Below are positions 1 to 9,724 of a stretch of DNA of 64,000 bases, piece after piece. The DNA is taken from positions 4,638-68,637 of the forward strand of contig CACFVT010000002.1 of the NCBI GenBank assembly GCA_902569865.1. Direction: 5' to 3'. The notes below the pieces were generated by a model. The model did no database searches. It saw only the letters and a program-made list of their open reading frames with translations, and had not been told where the DNA came from. A program made the position numbers and the translations under genes. How positions within the stretch are numbered: the stretch's first letter is position 1; every line of letters begins with the position of its first letter. Source of the DNA: an uncultured Alphaproteobacteria bacterium. Lineage in GTDB: Bacteria > Pseudomonadota > Alphaproteobacteria > HIMB59 > GCA-002718135.

Positions 1-690
1 TCCTTTTTAATCTTACATTATACTGCATTACCATCAGTCGAAGACTCAATAAAGTATTTATGTGATAAAAAAAATAAAGTAAGTTGCCATTATATAATTA
101 GTCAAAATGGAAGCATATATAATTTAGTTAGTGAGAAGAACAGAGCTTGGCATGCTGGCCAATCTACTTGGTTATTAGAAAAAGATTTAAATAGTGTATC
201 AATTGGGATAGAATTGGATTTTAGCACTAATAATAATAATAATAAATTTTCAACATTGCTTATTAAGTCATTAATTTGCCTGCTAAAATATCTTAAAAAA
301 AAATATAAAATTGATAAGAAAAATATTTTAGGTCATTCAGATATAGCGCCATATAGAAAGATAGATCCAGGGAAAACATTCCCTTGGAAAAAACTATGTA
401 ATTTAGATTTGTCATACAATCCTAAAAAAGTTAGTTTAAAGGAATCGAAAAAAATTAGAATGTGGTTTAAAAAAAATAAAATATATTCAAATAAAAATAA
501 AATACTTATAATGCTAAATTTTATTGGATATGATATTTCTAAATCGATTAATAATCAACATTCATATAATAGTTTAATTAATAATTATAAAAGTCATTAT
601 CTTCAAAAAAGTAATACAAAATATTCAAATGCTAAATTACATAATAGTATTGAGAAACATTTCTTTAGTTTATTATTGACCAAGACATAA
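1..690 (+). CDS. N-acetylmuramoyl-L-alanine amidase (amidase_2/AmpD-like), 5'-partial
   Basis: Frame 1 is open from base 1. The translation ...ILHYTALPS...CHYIISQNGSIYNLVSEKNRAWHAGQSTW...SIGIEL...ILGHSDIAPYRKIDPGKTFPW matches the AmpD/amidase_2 pattern. The C-terminal tail weakly resembles a peptidoglycan-binding repeat. Confidence 0.75.
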   Translation, partial: SFLILHYTALPSVEDSIKYLCDKKNKVSCHYIISQNGSIYNLVSEKNRAWHAGQSTWLLEKDLNSVSIGIELDFSTNNNNNKFSTLLIKSLICLLKYLKKKYKIDKKNILGHSDIAPYRKIDPGKTFPWKKLCNLDLSYNPKKVSLKESKKIRMWFKKNKIYSNKNKILIMLNFIGYDISKSINNQHSYNSLINNYKSHYLQKSNTKYSNAKLHNSIEKHFFSLLLTKT

Positions 691-708
691 AAATTAAATA
701 ATTAGCTC

Positions 709-1047
709 TTGATGGTGCGATGATCGCTTGAATTTTCAAGAGGAAAGTCCGGGCTCCACTGGAAAAAAAACCAGGTAACACCTGGCAAGCGCAAGCTTAG
801 GGAAAGTGCAACAGAAAATATACCGCCCTATGGGCAAGGTTGAAATGGTGGGGTAAGAGCTCACCGCTTTTTTGGTAACAAAAAAGGCATGGCAAACCCT
901 TTTTGGAGCAAGGTCAAATAGGAACAGCAATCAGTTTCCAGCTGAGCTATTCGGGTAGACTGCTTGAGATAAATGGCAACATTTATCCTAGATTAATGAT
1001 CATCATTTTACTTTGTAATTAACAGAACCCGGCTTATGCACCATCAT
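709..1047 (+). ncRNA. rnpB: RNase P RNA (bacterial type A)
   Basis: Contains the conserved GAGGAAAGTCCGGGCTCC box near the 5' end and ACAGAACCCGGCTTAT near the 3' end. The P1 helix is TGATGGTGC (710-718) paired with GCACCATCA (1038-1046). It is a GC-rich island in AT-rich DNA. The 64-aa minus-strand ORF inside it is spurious. Confidence 0.9.
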
Positions 1048-1095
1048 TAAAAAATATAGAACAAAACAGAAACAAAAAGATAAATTACAAGTTAT

Positions 1096-1130
1096 CCCAT
1101 TGACGCCCATAATATCCCATGATAACCCAT
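1096..1130. promoter_or_regulatory. Putative MraZ operator: four CCCAT (bottom strand ATGGG) repeats at exact 10-bp phasing
   Basis: CCCAT occurs at 1096-1100, 1106-1110, 1116-1120 and 1126-1130, ending 9 bp before the mraZ ATG. MraZ proteins are known to bind phased TGGG-type direct repeats in their own promoter region. Confidence 0.5.
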
Positions 1131-1138
1131 AAATTATC

Positions 1139-1606
1139 ATGAATTTATTTGTTTCTAAGTTTATAAATAAAATTGATAAAAAAGGTAGGATTTCACTACC
1201 CTCTATTTTTAGAGGCGCTTTACCTAAAGATCATAAAAATGAAATTATTTTATCAAAATCTTTAAGAAACAATTTTATTGATGGTCTCAGTGTAGACAGA
1301 GTTAATGAAATTGCAAAGAGAATAAATGATTTAGATTTTTTTTCAGAGGAGCATGAAGATTTTACAACTTCAATATTTTCTGAAATGTTGCCAACAAATT
1401 TAGATAAAGAAGGAAGATTTCTAATACCAGAAAAATTAAAAACTTTTGCCAATATTAAAGATGAGGTTGCATTCATAGGTCAAGGTTACTATTTTCAAAT
1501 TGTTAATCCTAGCGTCGCATTAGATCTACAAAATAAATCAAGAATGCGCTTAAATCTAAACAAAAAAACTTTAGGAAAAATACTAACTGGAGACATAAAT
1601 GATTAA
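1139..1606 (+). CDS. mraZ: Transcriptional regulator MraZ
   Basis: Has the duplicated MraZ motifs DKKGRISLP and DKEGRFLIP and is the first gene of the dcw cluster. Confidence 0.9.
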   Translation: MNLFVSKFINKIDKKGRISLPSIFRGALPKDHKNEIILSKSLRNNFIDGLSVDRVNEIAKRINDLDFFSEEHEDFTTSIFSEMLPTNLDKEGRFLIPEKLKTFANIKDEVAFIGQGYYFQIVNPSVALDLQNKSRMRLNLNKKTLGKILTGDIND

Positions 1607-2534
1607 TAATCATATACCTGTCATGATTAATGAGGTTAAATCATTTTTACCAATTAATAAAAATATAAATTTAATTGATGCTACTTTTGGAGGAGGCGGT
1701 TATTCCAAAGCTATACTAGATGAATTTAATATTAAAAATTTAATAGCGATAGATAGAGATCCAATTTCAAAAATTTTTTTTAAAAAATTAAGTAATAAAT
1801 ATCAAAATATAGAATTTTTTAATCAAAAATTTAGCAAAATTGATGAATTAATTTGCAATTCAAAATATTCAAATGAAAAGTTTGACGCAATAATATTTGA
1901 TTTAGGTGTAAGCTCAAACCAAATTGATAATTCTGAGAGAGGTTTTTCATTTCAAAATAAAGGTCCCTTAGATATGAAAATGGGATCATCTTCATTAAAT
2001 GCTTATGAAATAGTAAATTCTTTTGATGAGAATAAACTATCAAACATTTTTTTTAAATTAGGAGAGGAGAAACACTCTAGAAGAATTGCAAAAAATATTA
2101 TCAAAAAAAGAACTATAAAACCTATTGATAACACTAAAGAATTATCAGATATTATAAAAAAATCACTCCCTTTTAACAATGCCAAAAAAAAAATACATCC
2201 TGCTACTAAGGTATTTCAAGCACTAAGAATTTATGTAAATGATGAATTAAATGAACTTAAAAAAGCTCTAGAAAAATCAGAATCTTTACTTGCTCAAAAT
2301 GGTTTATTAATAATAGTTTCTTTCCAAAGCCTAGAAGATAGAATTGTGAAAGATTATTTTAACCACAAAAGTGGTAAACGATGGCGTTCCTCCCGCCACC
2401 TCCCGGACTTAGGTGATCTTGGTCCTATAACCTTAAAGATAATCACCAAAAAACCTTTAAGACCAAAGGATTTTGAGATTAATAATAATCCAAGATCTAG
2501 ATCAGCTAAGCTTCGGGTGGCAAAAAAAATTTAA
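1599..2534 (+). CDS. rsmH: 16S rRNA (cytosine1402-N4)-methyltransferase RsmH
   Basis: Contains DATFGGGGYS (SAM-binding motif), DLGVSSNQID and the C-terminal NPRSRSAKLRV. Overlaps the mraZ stop by 8 nt. Confidence 0.9.
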   Translation: MINNHIPVMINEVKSFLPINKNINLIDATFGGGGYSKAILDEFNIKNLIAIDRDPISKIFFKKLSNKYQNIEFFNQKFSKIDELICNSKYSNEKFDAIIFDLGVSSNQIDNSERGFSFQNKGPLDMKMGSSSLNAYEIVNSFDENKLSNIFFKLGEEKHSRRIAKNIIKKRTIKPIDNTKELSDIIKKSLPFNNAKKKIHPATKVFQALRIYVNDELNELKKALEKSESLLAQNGLLIIVSFQSLEDRIVKDYFNHKSGKRWRSSRHLPDLGDLGPITLKIITKKPLRPKDFEINNNPRSRSAKLRVAKKI

Positions 2535-2536
2535 TT

Positions 2537-2857
2537 ATGAAGTATTCTAAACACATTGTGTTTTTTCTTCTTATAAATTTAGTGATAGTTTTTTTAGCAA
2601 TATTTTTAGGTAACTTAACTAGGAAACTTGAAATAAATAATAATTTAGTTGAGAAGAATATCCAAAAAGAAAAAGAACAATTGAAAGTAAATAAAATTGA
2701 ATACTCTTTTTACAATAATCCTAACTATTTAAAAAAATTACATAATATATATTTTGCTTATGAGGAAGAAGATCTAGAAAATAAAATTATAGATCTATCA
2801 AATGTATCTAATCTAAAAAACAATAAAATCATTTTAGTAAATTTAAAACCTAAATAA
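2537..2857 (+). CDS. ftsL: Cell division protein FtsL-like (small single-pass membrane protein)
   Basis: A 106-aa protein with one N-terminal transmembrane helix followed by a charged coiled region, in the canonical position between rsmH and ftsI. The sequence itself is not diagnostic. Confidence 0.55.
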   Translation: MKYSKHIVFFLLINLVIVFLAIFLGNLTRKLEINNNLVEKNIQKEKEQLKVNKIEYSFYNNPNYLKKLHNIYFAYEEEDLENKIIDLSNVSNLKNNKIILVNLKPK

Positions 2858-2858
2858 A

Positions 2859-4524
2859 ATGATTAAAAATAAACCATTTTTATTCGACTCAGATTCTTTA
2901 AAAAATTTTCATAAAAGAATCTTTCTTTCTATTTTAATTTTTCTATTTTTCTTTTTTTCTGTATTTTATAGAATAAGTTTTATTTCAATCTCAAGCTATT
3001 TTGATGTTTCATCTCAAATTAAATTAGAAAAAAAAGAAATAAGAGGTAATATTTATGATAGAAATGGAATAGTTTTAGCTGCAACAATAAATTCAAAATC
3101 ACTATCTGCTAGACCTAATTTAATAAATAATGTTGATGTTTTATCAAAACAATTAGTAGAAATTCTTAATATTGACGAAGAAATAATAAAAAATAAATTA
3201 TCGAGTAATAAAAAATTTATTTGGTTAAAAAGAAATATTACTCCCGTTGAACACCAAAAAATTATTGATCTTGGAGAAATTAATTTAGAATTTCATAATG
3301 AAAAAAAGAGAATTTATCCCTTTATGAATACTTCATCCCATCTTGTTGGTTTTGTAAATATTGATCAAATTGGCCAAAAAGGAATTGAAAGATATTTCAA
3401 TAAATCATTATCAAATTCCAAAGATATCACCTTATCAATTGATATAAATCTTCAACAATCAATTAAAAATAATTTATTAGAAACTATTAATTTTTACAAA
3501 GCAGATTCAGGTTTAGCGATAGTGATGGATATATCAAATGGTGAAGTTTTATCTTCTGTTAGTTATCCTGACTTTAATCCAAATGATAACCAAAGTTTTA
3601 ATGAAATTAATTTAATTAATAGAGTTATCCAATCTAATTATGAGATGGGTTCGACTTTTAAACCATTAACAGTTGTAAATGGATATGATTATGGAATTAT
3701 TAATCCAAATATGGTTTTTGATGTAAAAAAAAGTGTCAAAAATGTCAAAGATCATCATAGGTATAAGGGTAATGGATTATATAATGTAGAAAAAATTGTC
3801 GTTGAGTCATCAAATATAGGAACTGCACAAATAGCACTAAAAATCGGAAAGAAAAATCAAATGGATTTTTTTAATAAATTAGGTTTTTTTGATAAGATAG
3901 ATACTCAGCTTTTTGAAGTTGAAAAACCTCTTGGTAATCCAAATAATTGGGGAGAGCATGAAATTACAAGAATTGGTTTTGGTCACAGTTTTTCTATAAC
4001 ACCACTTCATCTAGTAAAAGCTTATGCTTCTTTAGCTAATAATGGCTATGAGGTAAATCCAACTTTTGTTTTAAATTCAGAAAAAAAATTATCCCAAACT
4101 AAAAATATTTTGTTAAAAAAAAGATTCTTCAAAGTATTTTTTAAGTTTATTAAATTCAGTAATTGCTAAAACACAGTTTACAGGACCAAGAGTTAAAATC
4201 GAGGGATATAAAATTGGAGGCAAGACTGGTACTTCAGAATTACTAGATCCAAAAGGCCAATATTATAAAGACAGAAATATGACTTCTTTTATAGGAATAT
4301 TTCCAATAAACAATCCTAGATATGTTGTATATACTGCAATTAATTATCCAAAAAAACCAACAGAATCAAATCAGAGAATGACTGGAGCAGTTGTAAATGC
4401 CCCTCTTGTAAAAAATATTATTTATGAAATGATTAAAATTTTAAATTTGCCTTCATATAGACATGATAATTTCATAAAAGCAGACATAAAACAATTTTAC
4501 AAACCCGGTTATGCTTTTCTCTGA
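2859..4524 (+). CDS. ftsI: Peptidoglycan D,D-transpeptidase FtsI (PBP3), interrupted by an apparent +1 frameshift in the A8 run at 4115-4122
   Basis: Frame 3 (2859-4169) carries the STFK and SSN motifs. Frame 1 (open from 4117 to 4524) carries GYKIGGKTGTS (KTG box) and the C-terminus. Frame 3 after the A-run gives nonsense (RFFKVFFKFIKFSNC*). Confidence 0.8.
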
Positions 4525-5926
4525 TCTTCAATTTATATTAAATGAAGCAAAAATAGTAGGCAACTTACCTAAAAAAAAAATAAAATACATAAGTGATCAC
4601 TCTAAAAATGTAGATGTAAATACTCTTTTAGTTATAAATCAAAATAAAAATTTTAAATTATCATATTTAAAAGAAGCTATTTCAAAAAATTTGCACACTA
4701 TCATTACAAATGTTTTTCTAAAAAAATGTTCATTGAATCAAATTATTGTCAAAGATCTAGACTCAGCAATTTCTATATTAATAAAAATTAGACAGCCTGC
4801 ATTACCTAAAGTATCAGTTGCTATTACGGGCACAAATGGCAAGACTTCAGTATCATGGTATCTTGCTCAAATATGTAAAATTAATGGGATTCCTAATAAA
4901 TTAACTGGAACACTAGGTTATTTTGTAGATTTAAAAAAACATAAAGACTCGGTATTAACGACACCAAGCAATTTAGATCTTTGTCAATTTTCTAACGAAA
5001 GTAAAAAAAATAAATTTTGCTTTATAACTGAAGCCTCAAGTCATGGACTACATCAGGGTCGTTTCAAAAATTTCAAAATAGATATAGCAGCTATTACTAA
5101 TCTTTCACATGATCATTTAGATTATCATAAAAACTTTAGATCTTACTCACAGAGTAAATTGTTATTATTCACAAAAATTTTAAATAATAAAGGAGTAGCA
5201 ATAATTAATGCACGTTTAAAAAATTATAAAACTTTTAAAAACAAAATAAAAGAAAGAAAAATTAAAATGATCACCTTTGGTGCCGAAGATGTGTATTTCT
5301 ATAAAAATAATTATTTATATTTATATATTTTTGGAAAAAAATATATTTTAAAAAAATTGAAACTAATAAACAATATTCAAAAAGAAAATTTGGAATGTGC
5401 AATCGCTTGTGCTTTGGCTATTAATATTAGTATAAATAAAATAATTAATTGTTTACATAAGTTAAAATCAGCGCCAGGTAGGTTTGAAATTATAAAATTT
5501 AGAAAAAAAAATTCAAAAATTATAATAGACTATGCCCATACTCCTGATGCTCTTGAAAATATTTTAAAGACTTTTTCATACGATAACTTTAAACCTTCTC
5601 TTGTTTTTGGTTGTGGAGGAAATAGAGATAGAAGAAAAAGAATAAAAATGGGAATTGTAGCAAAAAAATATTCAAATAGAGTTTATATAACTGATGATAA
5701 TCCAAGATATGAAAATCCAAAAACTATAAGAGAAAGTATAAAAAAATATTGTTCAAAAGGAGTAATTATTTCTGATAGAAGAAAAGCCATACATAAAGCA
5801 ATATTAAAATTAGATGTAAATGATGTACTTATCATAGCCGGAAAAGGGCATGAAAAATATCAATTAATTAAAAATAAGAAGATCGAATTTAATGATTATA
5901 AAATAGCAAAAAATTTTATTAAATAA
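4511..5926 (+). CDS. murE: UDP-N-acetylmuramoyl-L-alanyl-D-glutamate--2,6-diaminopimelate ligase
   Basis: Contains ITGTNGKTS (P-loop), HGLHQGR and TDDNPRYENP (DNPR motif), in the expected dcw position. Confidence 0.85.
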   Translation: MLFSDLQFILNEAKIVGNLPKKKIKYISDHSKNVDVNTLLVINQNKNFKLSYLKEAISKNLHTIITNVFLKKCSLNQIIVKDLDSAISILIKIRQPALPKVSVAITGTNGKTSVSWYLAQICKINGIPNKLTGTLGYFVDLKKHKDSVLTTPSNLDLCQFSNESKKNKFCFITEASSHGLHQGRFKNFKIDIAAITNLSHDHLDYHKNFRSYSQSKLLLFTKILNNKGVAIINARLKNYKTFKNKIKERKIKMITFGAEDVYFYKNNYLYLYIFGKKYILKKLKLINNIQKENLECAIACALAINISINKIINCLHKLKSAPGRFEIIKFRKKNSKIIIDYAHTPDALENILKTFSYDNFKPSLVFGCGGNRDRRKRIKMGIVAKKYSNRVYITDDNPRYENPKTIRESIKKYCSKGVIISDRRKAIHKAILKLDVNDVLIIAGKGHEKYQLIKNKKIEFNDYKIAKNFIK

Positions 5927-5928
5927 AT

Positions 5929-7303
5929 ATGATATTAAAAGACATAATTAAAAAATATATAATTAATTCATCAAATAAAATAAAAATAAATAGCAAAGAA
6001 ATAAAAAAAAATAATGTTTTTTTGGCTTTAAAAGGTTCAAATTATCATGGAAATAAATATATAAATGATGCTTTTAATGCAGGAGCAAAATATTGCATAA
6101 CAGATAAAAAACCTAAAGGTTTAAAAAATAGTAAAAAAATATTATTAATTAAGAATCTTCAAAAATTTTTAATTGATTTATCTAAGAAAAAAAGATCATC
6201 ATTTTACGGACAAGTTCTTGGTATTACAGGAAGTGCTGGGAAAACTTCTTTAAAAGAAAATTTGAAATTTTTTTTAGGAAAAAAATTTAAAGTTTCTGCA
6301 TCTATTAAAAGTTATAATAACAAATTAGGAGTTATTATTTCAATTTTAAATATGGATTTAAAATCTGATTATGCAATATTTGAAATTGGAACAAATAATT
6401 TTTTTGAAATTAGAAAATTAACAAAATTAGTTCAGCCCAATCAAATATTTATAACCAACATTCTTTCAACTCATCTTGCAAATTTTAAGAATAAACGAAA
6501 TATTGCAATAGAAAAGTCTGATATATTTATAAAAAAATATAATCCTCTAGCCGAAATTCTATATTTTCAAAAGAAATCTAAAGAAGAAGATTTAATTTAT
6601 AAAATTGCCAAAAAAGAAAAATTAAAAAAATTAATTAAAATAGGAAATAAAGAAGACGGATGTTACATTATAAAAGTTCAAAAATTACAATCCCAATATT
6701 ATATAACTTTAAAAATTTTTAATAAAAATTATAAAATTATTTTAAGCGAATATGAAGATAAAAATATTTCAAATTTAATATTTGTTTTGACTTTTTTTAT
6801 TTTAAATAAAATTAATACAAAAATAATAATAAATAATATTAAAAAATTACCTAAAATAGAAGGTAGGGGAAGCATACATAATGTATTCCTTAATAATTTT
6901 AAAGTTAGACTAATTGATCAATCATATAATGCAAACCCTGAAACAATGACTGAAAGTATAAAAAATTTTTCCATGATTAAACATAATCGGAGAGATAAAA
7001 TTTTAATTTTAGGCAATATGAATGAATTAGGTGTGAACTCATACGATCATCATATTAAGGTTATTAAAGAAATTCAAAAATATCAATTTGATGAAGTTAT
7101 TTTATCTGGCGACTTTTTTAAAAAAACTCTAAGTATAAATCACAAACTAAAAAATAATTATGTATACAAAAACAGTAGCCAAAATATAATGAACTATTTA
7201 GAGAAAAAACTTCATAAAAAATGCCATTATAATGGCTAAATGTTCAAATAATACTGAAGTAAATAAGTTTGTAAATTTACTAAAGTTAAAAAAGGAAAGG
7301 TAA
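5929..7303 (+). CDS. murF: UDP-N-acetylmuramoyl-tripeptide--D-alanyl-D-alanine ligase MurF, with an apparent +1 frameshift near the C-terminus (A6 runs at 7204-7209 / 7216-7221)
   Basis: Contains GITGSAGKTS and SYNANP. Frame 1 stops at 7239. Frame 2 (open 7202-7303) encodes NAIIMAKCSNNTEVNKFVNLL, which resembles the conserved MurF C-terminus (vLvKGSR...E.vv) and ends 3 nt before the mraY start. Confidence 0.8.
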
Positions 7304-7306
7304 TTT

Positions 7307-8395
7307 TTGTTTAAATTTATAGCCCAAAATTTTGTTGAACAATATAGTTTTCTGAACTTATTTAATTTTATAACTTTTAGAGTTGGTGCCTCAATATTAA
7401 CATCACTATTTTTTTCATTAATTTTTGGTCAGTATATAATTAATAAAATTTCAAAAATTCAACCAATTGGTCAACCAATAAGAGATGATGGTCCAGAAAA
7501 TCATATAATTCAAAAGGCAGGAACACCTACAATGGGTGGTCTTTTAATAATTCTAAGTGTCATAATGTCTTTATTTTTATGGTCAGATTTACAAAATATT
7601 TTTATTTGGATTGGGTTCCTATCTTTATTTATATTTGGATTGATAGGATTTATTGATGATTACAATAAAATTAAATCAAGTTCTAGCAATGGATTAAAAG
7701 CAAGAACTAGAATAACATTGCAATTATTTTTTGCACTAATAATCTCAATCATAATTATAAATAATATTAACGATCAAATTGATACTACAATAGCATTCCC
7801 TTTTTTTAAAAATTTAATTTTGAATTTTGGATATTTTTATTTTGCAATTTCATTGTTTATAATTGTTGGGTCAGCAAATGCTGTAAATTTAACTGATGGT
7901 TTAGACGGTCTTGCTATAGTCCCAGTAATGATAGTAGCTATGACTTTTGCTTTTATAGCCTATGTTACAGGAAATATGGTTTTTTCTGATTATTTACTTA
8001 TTACTTATATTCCGGGAACAGGTGAATTGTCTGTTTTATGTGGAGCATTAATTGGTGCAGCTTTAGGTTTCCTTTGGTTTAATGCCCCTCCTGCAAAGGT
8101 ATTTATGGGTGATACAGGTTCATTGGCTTTAGGAGCCACAATAGGATCAATTGCAATAATGGTTAAACATGAGATAGTTTTGGCGATTGCAGGTGGCTTA
8201 TTCGTTTTAGAAACCTTTTCAGTAATTATTCAGGTAATTAGTTTTAAATTAACTGGGAAAAGAGTTTTTATGATGGCTCCCTTGCATCATCACTTTGAGA
8301 AAAAGGGTTGGGCAGAGTCAACTATAGTAATTAGATTTTGGATTATAACAATAGTACTTGCTTTATTAAGTTTAGCCACTTTAAAAATACGTTAA
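7307..8395 (+). CDS. mraY: Phospho-N-acetylmuramoyl-pentapeptide transferase
   Basis: TTG start. Contains NAVNLTDGLDGLA, DTGSLALG and APLHHHFE. Confidence 0.9.
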   Translation: MFKFIAQNFVEQYSFLNLFNFITFRVGASILTSLFFSLIFGQYIINKISKIQPIGQPIRDDGPENHIIQKAGTPTMGGLLIILSVIMSLFLWSDLQNIFIWIGFLSLFIFGLIGFIDDYNKIKSSSSNGLKARTRITLQLFFALIISIIIINNINDQIDTTIAFPFFKNLILNFGYFYFAISLFIIVGSANAVNLTDGLDGLAIVPVMIVAMTFAFIAYVTGNMVFSDYLLITYIPGTGELSVLCGALIGAALGFLWFNAPPAKVFMGDTGSLALGATIGSIAIMVKHEIVLAIAGGLFVLETFSVIIQVISFKLTGKRVFMMAPLHHHFEKKGWAESTIVIRFWIITIVLALLSLATLKIR

Positions 8396-9724
8396 ATGAC
8401 TGAATACGTATATGGTTTAAACAAAAGCGGACTATCTGTTATAAAATTATTAAGACTTCAAAAAAAAACTTTTAATTGTTGGGATGATAACAAAAAAATA
8501 AGGAATTTATTAAAAAAAAAATTTTCAAAATTAAATTTTACACCAATTAATAATACTAATTTAGCAAGATATAATAATATTTATTTAACTCCAGGTGTAT
8601 CGATTTTTGATAAAAAATTTTCAGAAGTTTCAAAATTAAAGATTAAAAGAGATTTAAATTTGTATCATCAAAATTTAAAAAATGAAAAAGTTGTTGCGAT
8701 AACTGGAACAAATGGAAAATCAACTACAACAAAATTAATTGGTGATATGCTAAAAAGAAAATTTAAAAATACCTTTGTGGGTGGAAATATTGGAGACGCA
8801 CTTTGTAATTCTATATTGAAAAAATCACGTTTTTTATATCATGTTATTGAATTAAGCTCTTTTCAACTTGAAACTATAAAAAATTTTGAGCCAAAAATTT
8901 CAATAATACTTAATCTTTCAAAGGATCATTTAGATAGATATAAAAATTTTAATAATTATATTAATGCAAAAAAAAATATTCTTAATTCAAAAAATAAAAA
9001 TATTAATTTGATTTCTATAGATGATCAATATTCAAAAAAAATATTTAATGACAATAAAATTAAAAACAAAATTTCATTTTCATTAAATAATAATAGTGCA
9101 GATGTATATTTTAGTAATGGATTTATAGTTGATAGATATTTTTATAAACACAAGATTTTAAAATTAAATAATATTTCATCAGACCTCTCAAACTATTATA
9201 ATATTCAAAATATTTTAGCTGCTTATATTGTTTGTAAATATTTGAAAATCCCTGTTAAATATTTTACAGAAAGTGTTAAAAAATTTAAAGGTTTACCATT
9301 TAGATCATCAATTATTTTTAACTCTAAATCAAAAATTATTATTAATAACAGTAAGGCTACCAATGTTAGTTCAGCTTTATTAACTCTTAATAATAAAAGA
9401 AATATACATTTAATATTAGGAGGAATTGCAAAAAAAGAGGATGAATTTCATCATTTTAATAAATATAAAGATAATATTATTAAAATATATATTTACGGCA
9501 AATCAAGATCTTTAATCAATAGACAAATAGGATTATCTAAGATTTCTAAAGTTCTTACTTCTTTAGATAATGTTGTCAATAATCTTTGCAAAGACTTATC
9601 TTCGTTTGATTGTAAGGCAACAATAATATTTGCTCCTGCATGCGCTTCCTTTGATCAATTTGAAAATTTTGAAAAAAGAGGTAATTATTTTAATAAATTA
9701 ATTCTAAATAAAATTAAAAAATGA
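8396..9724 (+). CDS. murD: UDP-N-acetylmuramoylalanine--D-glutamate ligase
   Basis: Contains ITGTNGKSTT, a Mur-ligase middle and C-terminal pattern, and the expected dcw position. Confidence 0.85.
   Translation: MTEYVYGLNKSGLSVIKLLRLQKKTFNCWDDNKKIRNLLKKKFSKLNFTPINNTNLARYNNIYLTPGVSIFDKKFSEVSKLKIKRDLNLYHQNLKNEKVVAITGTNGKSTTTKLIGDMLKRKFKNTFVGGNIGDALCNSILKKSRFLYHVIELSSFQLETIKNFEPKISIILNLSKDHLDRYKNFNNYINAKKNILNSKNKNINLISIDDQYSKKIFNDNKIKNKISFSLNNNSADVYFSNGFIVDRYFYKHKILKLNNISSDLSNYYNIQNILAAYIVCKYLKIPVKYFTESVKKFKGLPFRSSIIFNSKSKIIINNSKATNVSSALLTLNNKRNIHLILGGIAKKEDEFHHFNKYKDNIIKIYIYGKSRSLINRQIGLSKISKVLTSLDNVVNNLCKDLSSFDCKATIIFAPACASFDQFENFEKRGNYFNKLILNKIKK

Noticed and set aside
736-930. 64-aa minus-strand ORF
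   Set aside because: It lies entirely inside the RNase P RNA gene. It is an artefact of the GC-rich structured RNA.
4279-4524. 81-aa ORF treated as an independent small gene
   Set aside because: It is the C-terminal part of ftsI. Its reading frame is open from 4117 and carries the KTG box upstream of the first ATG.
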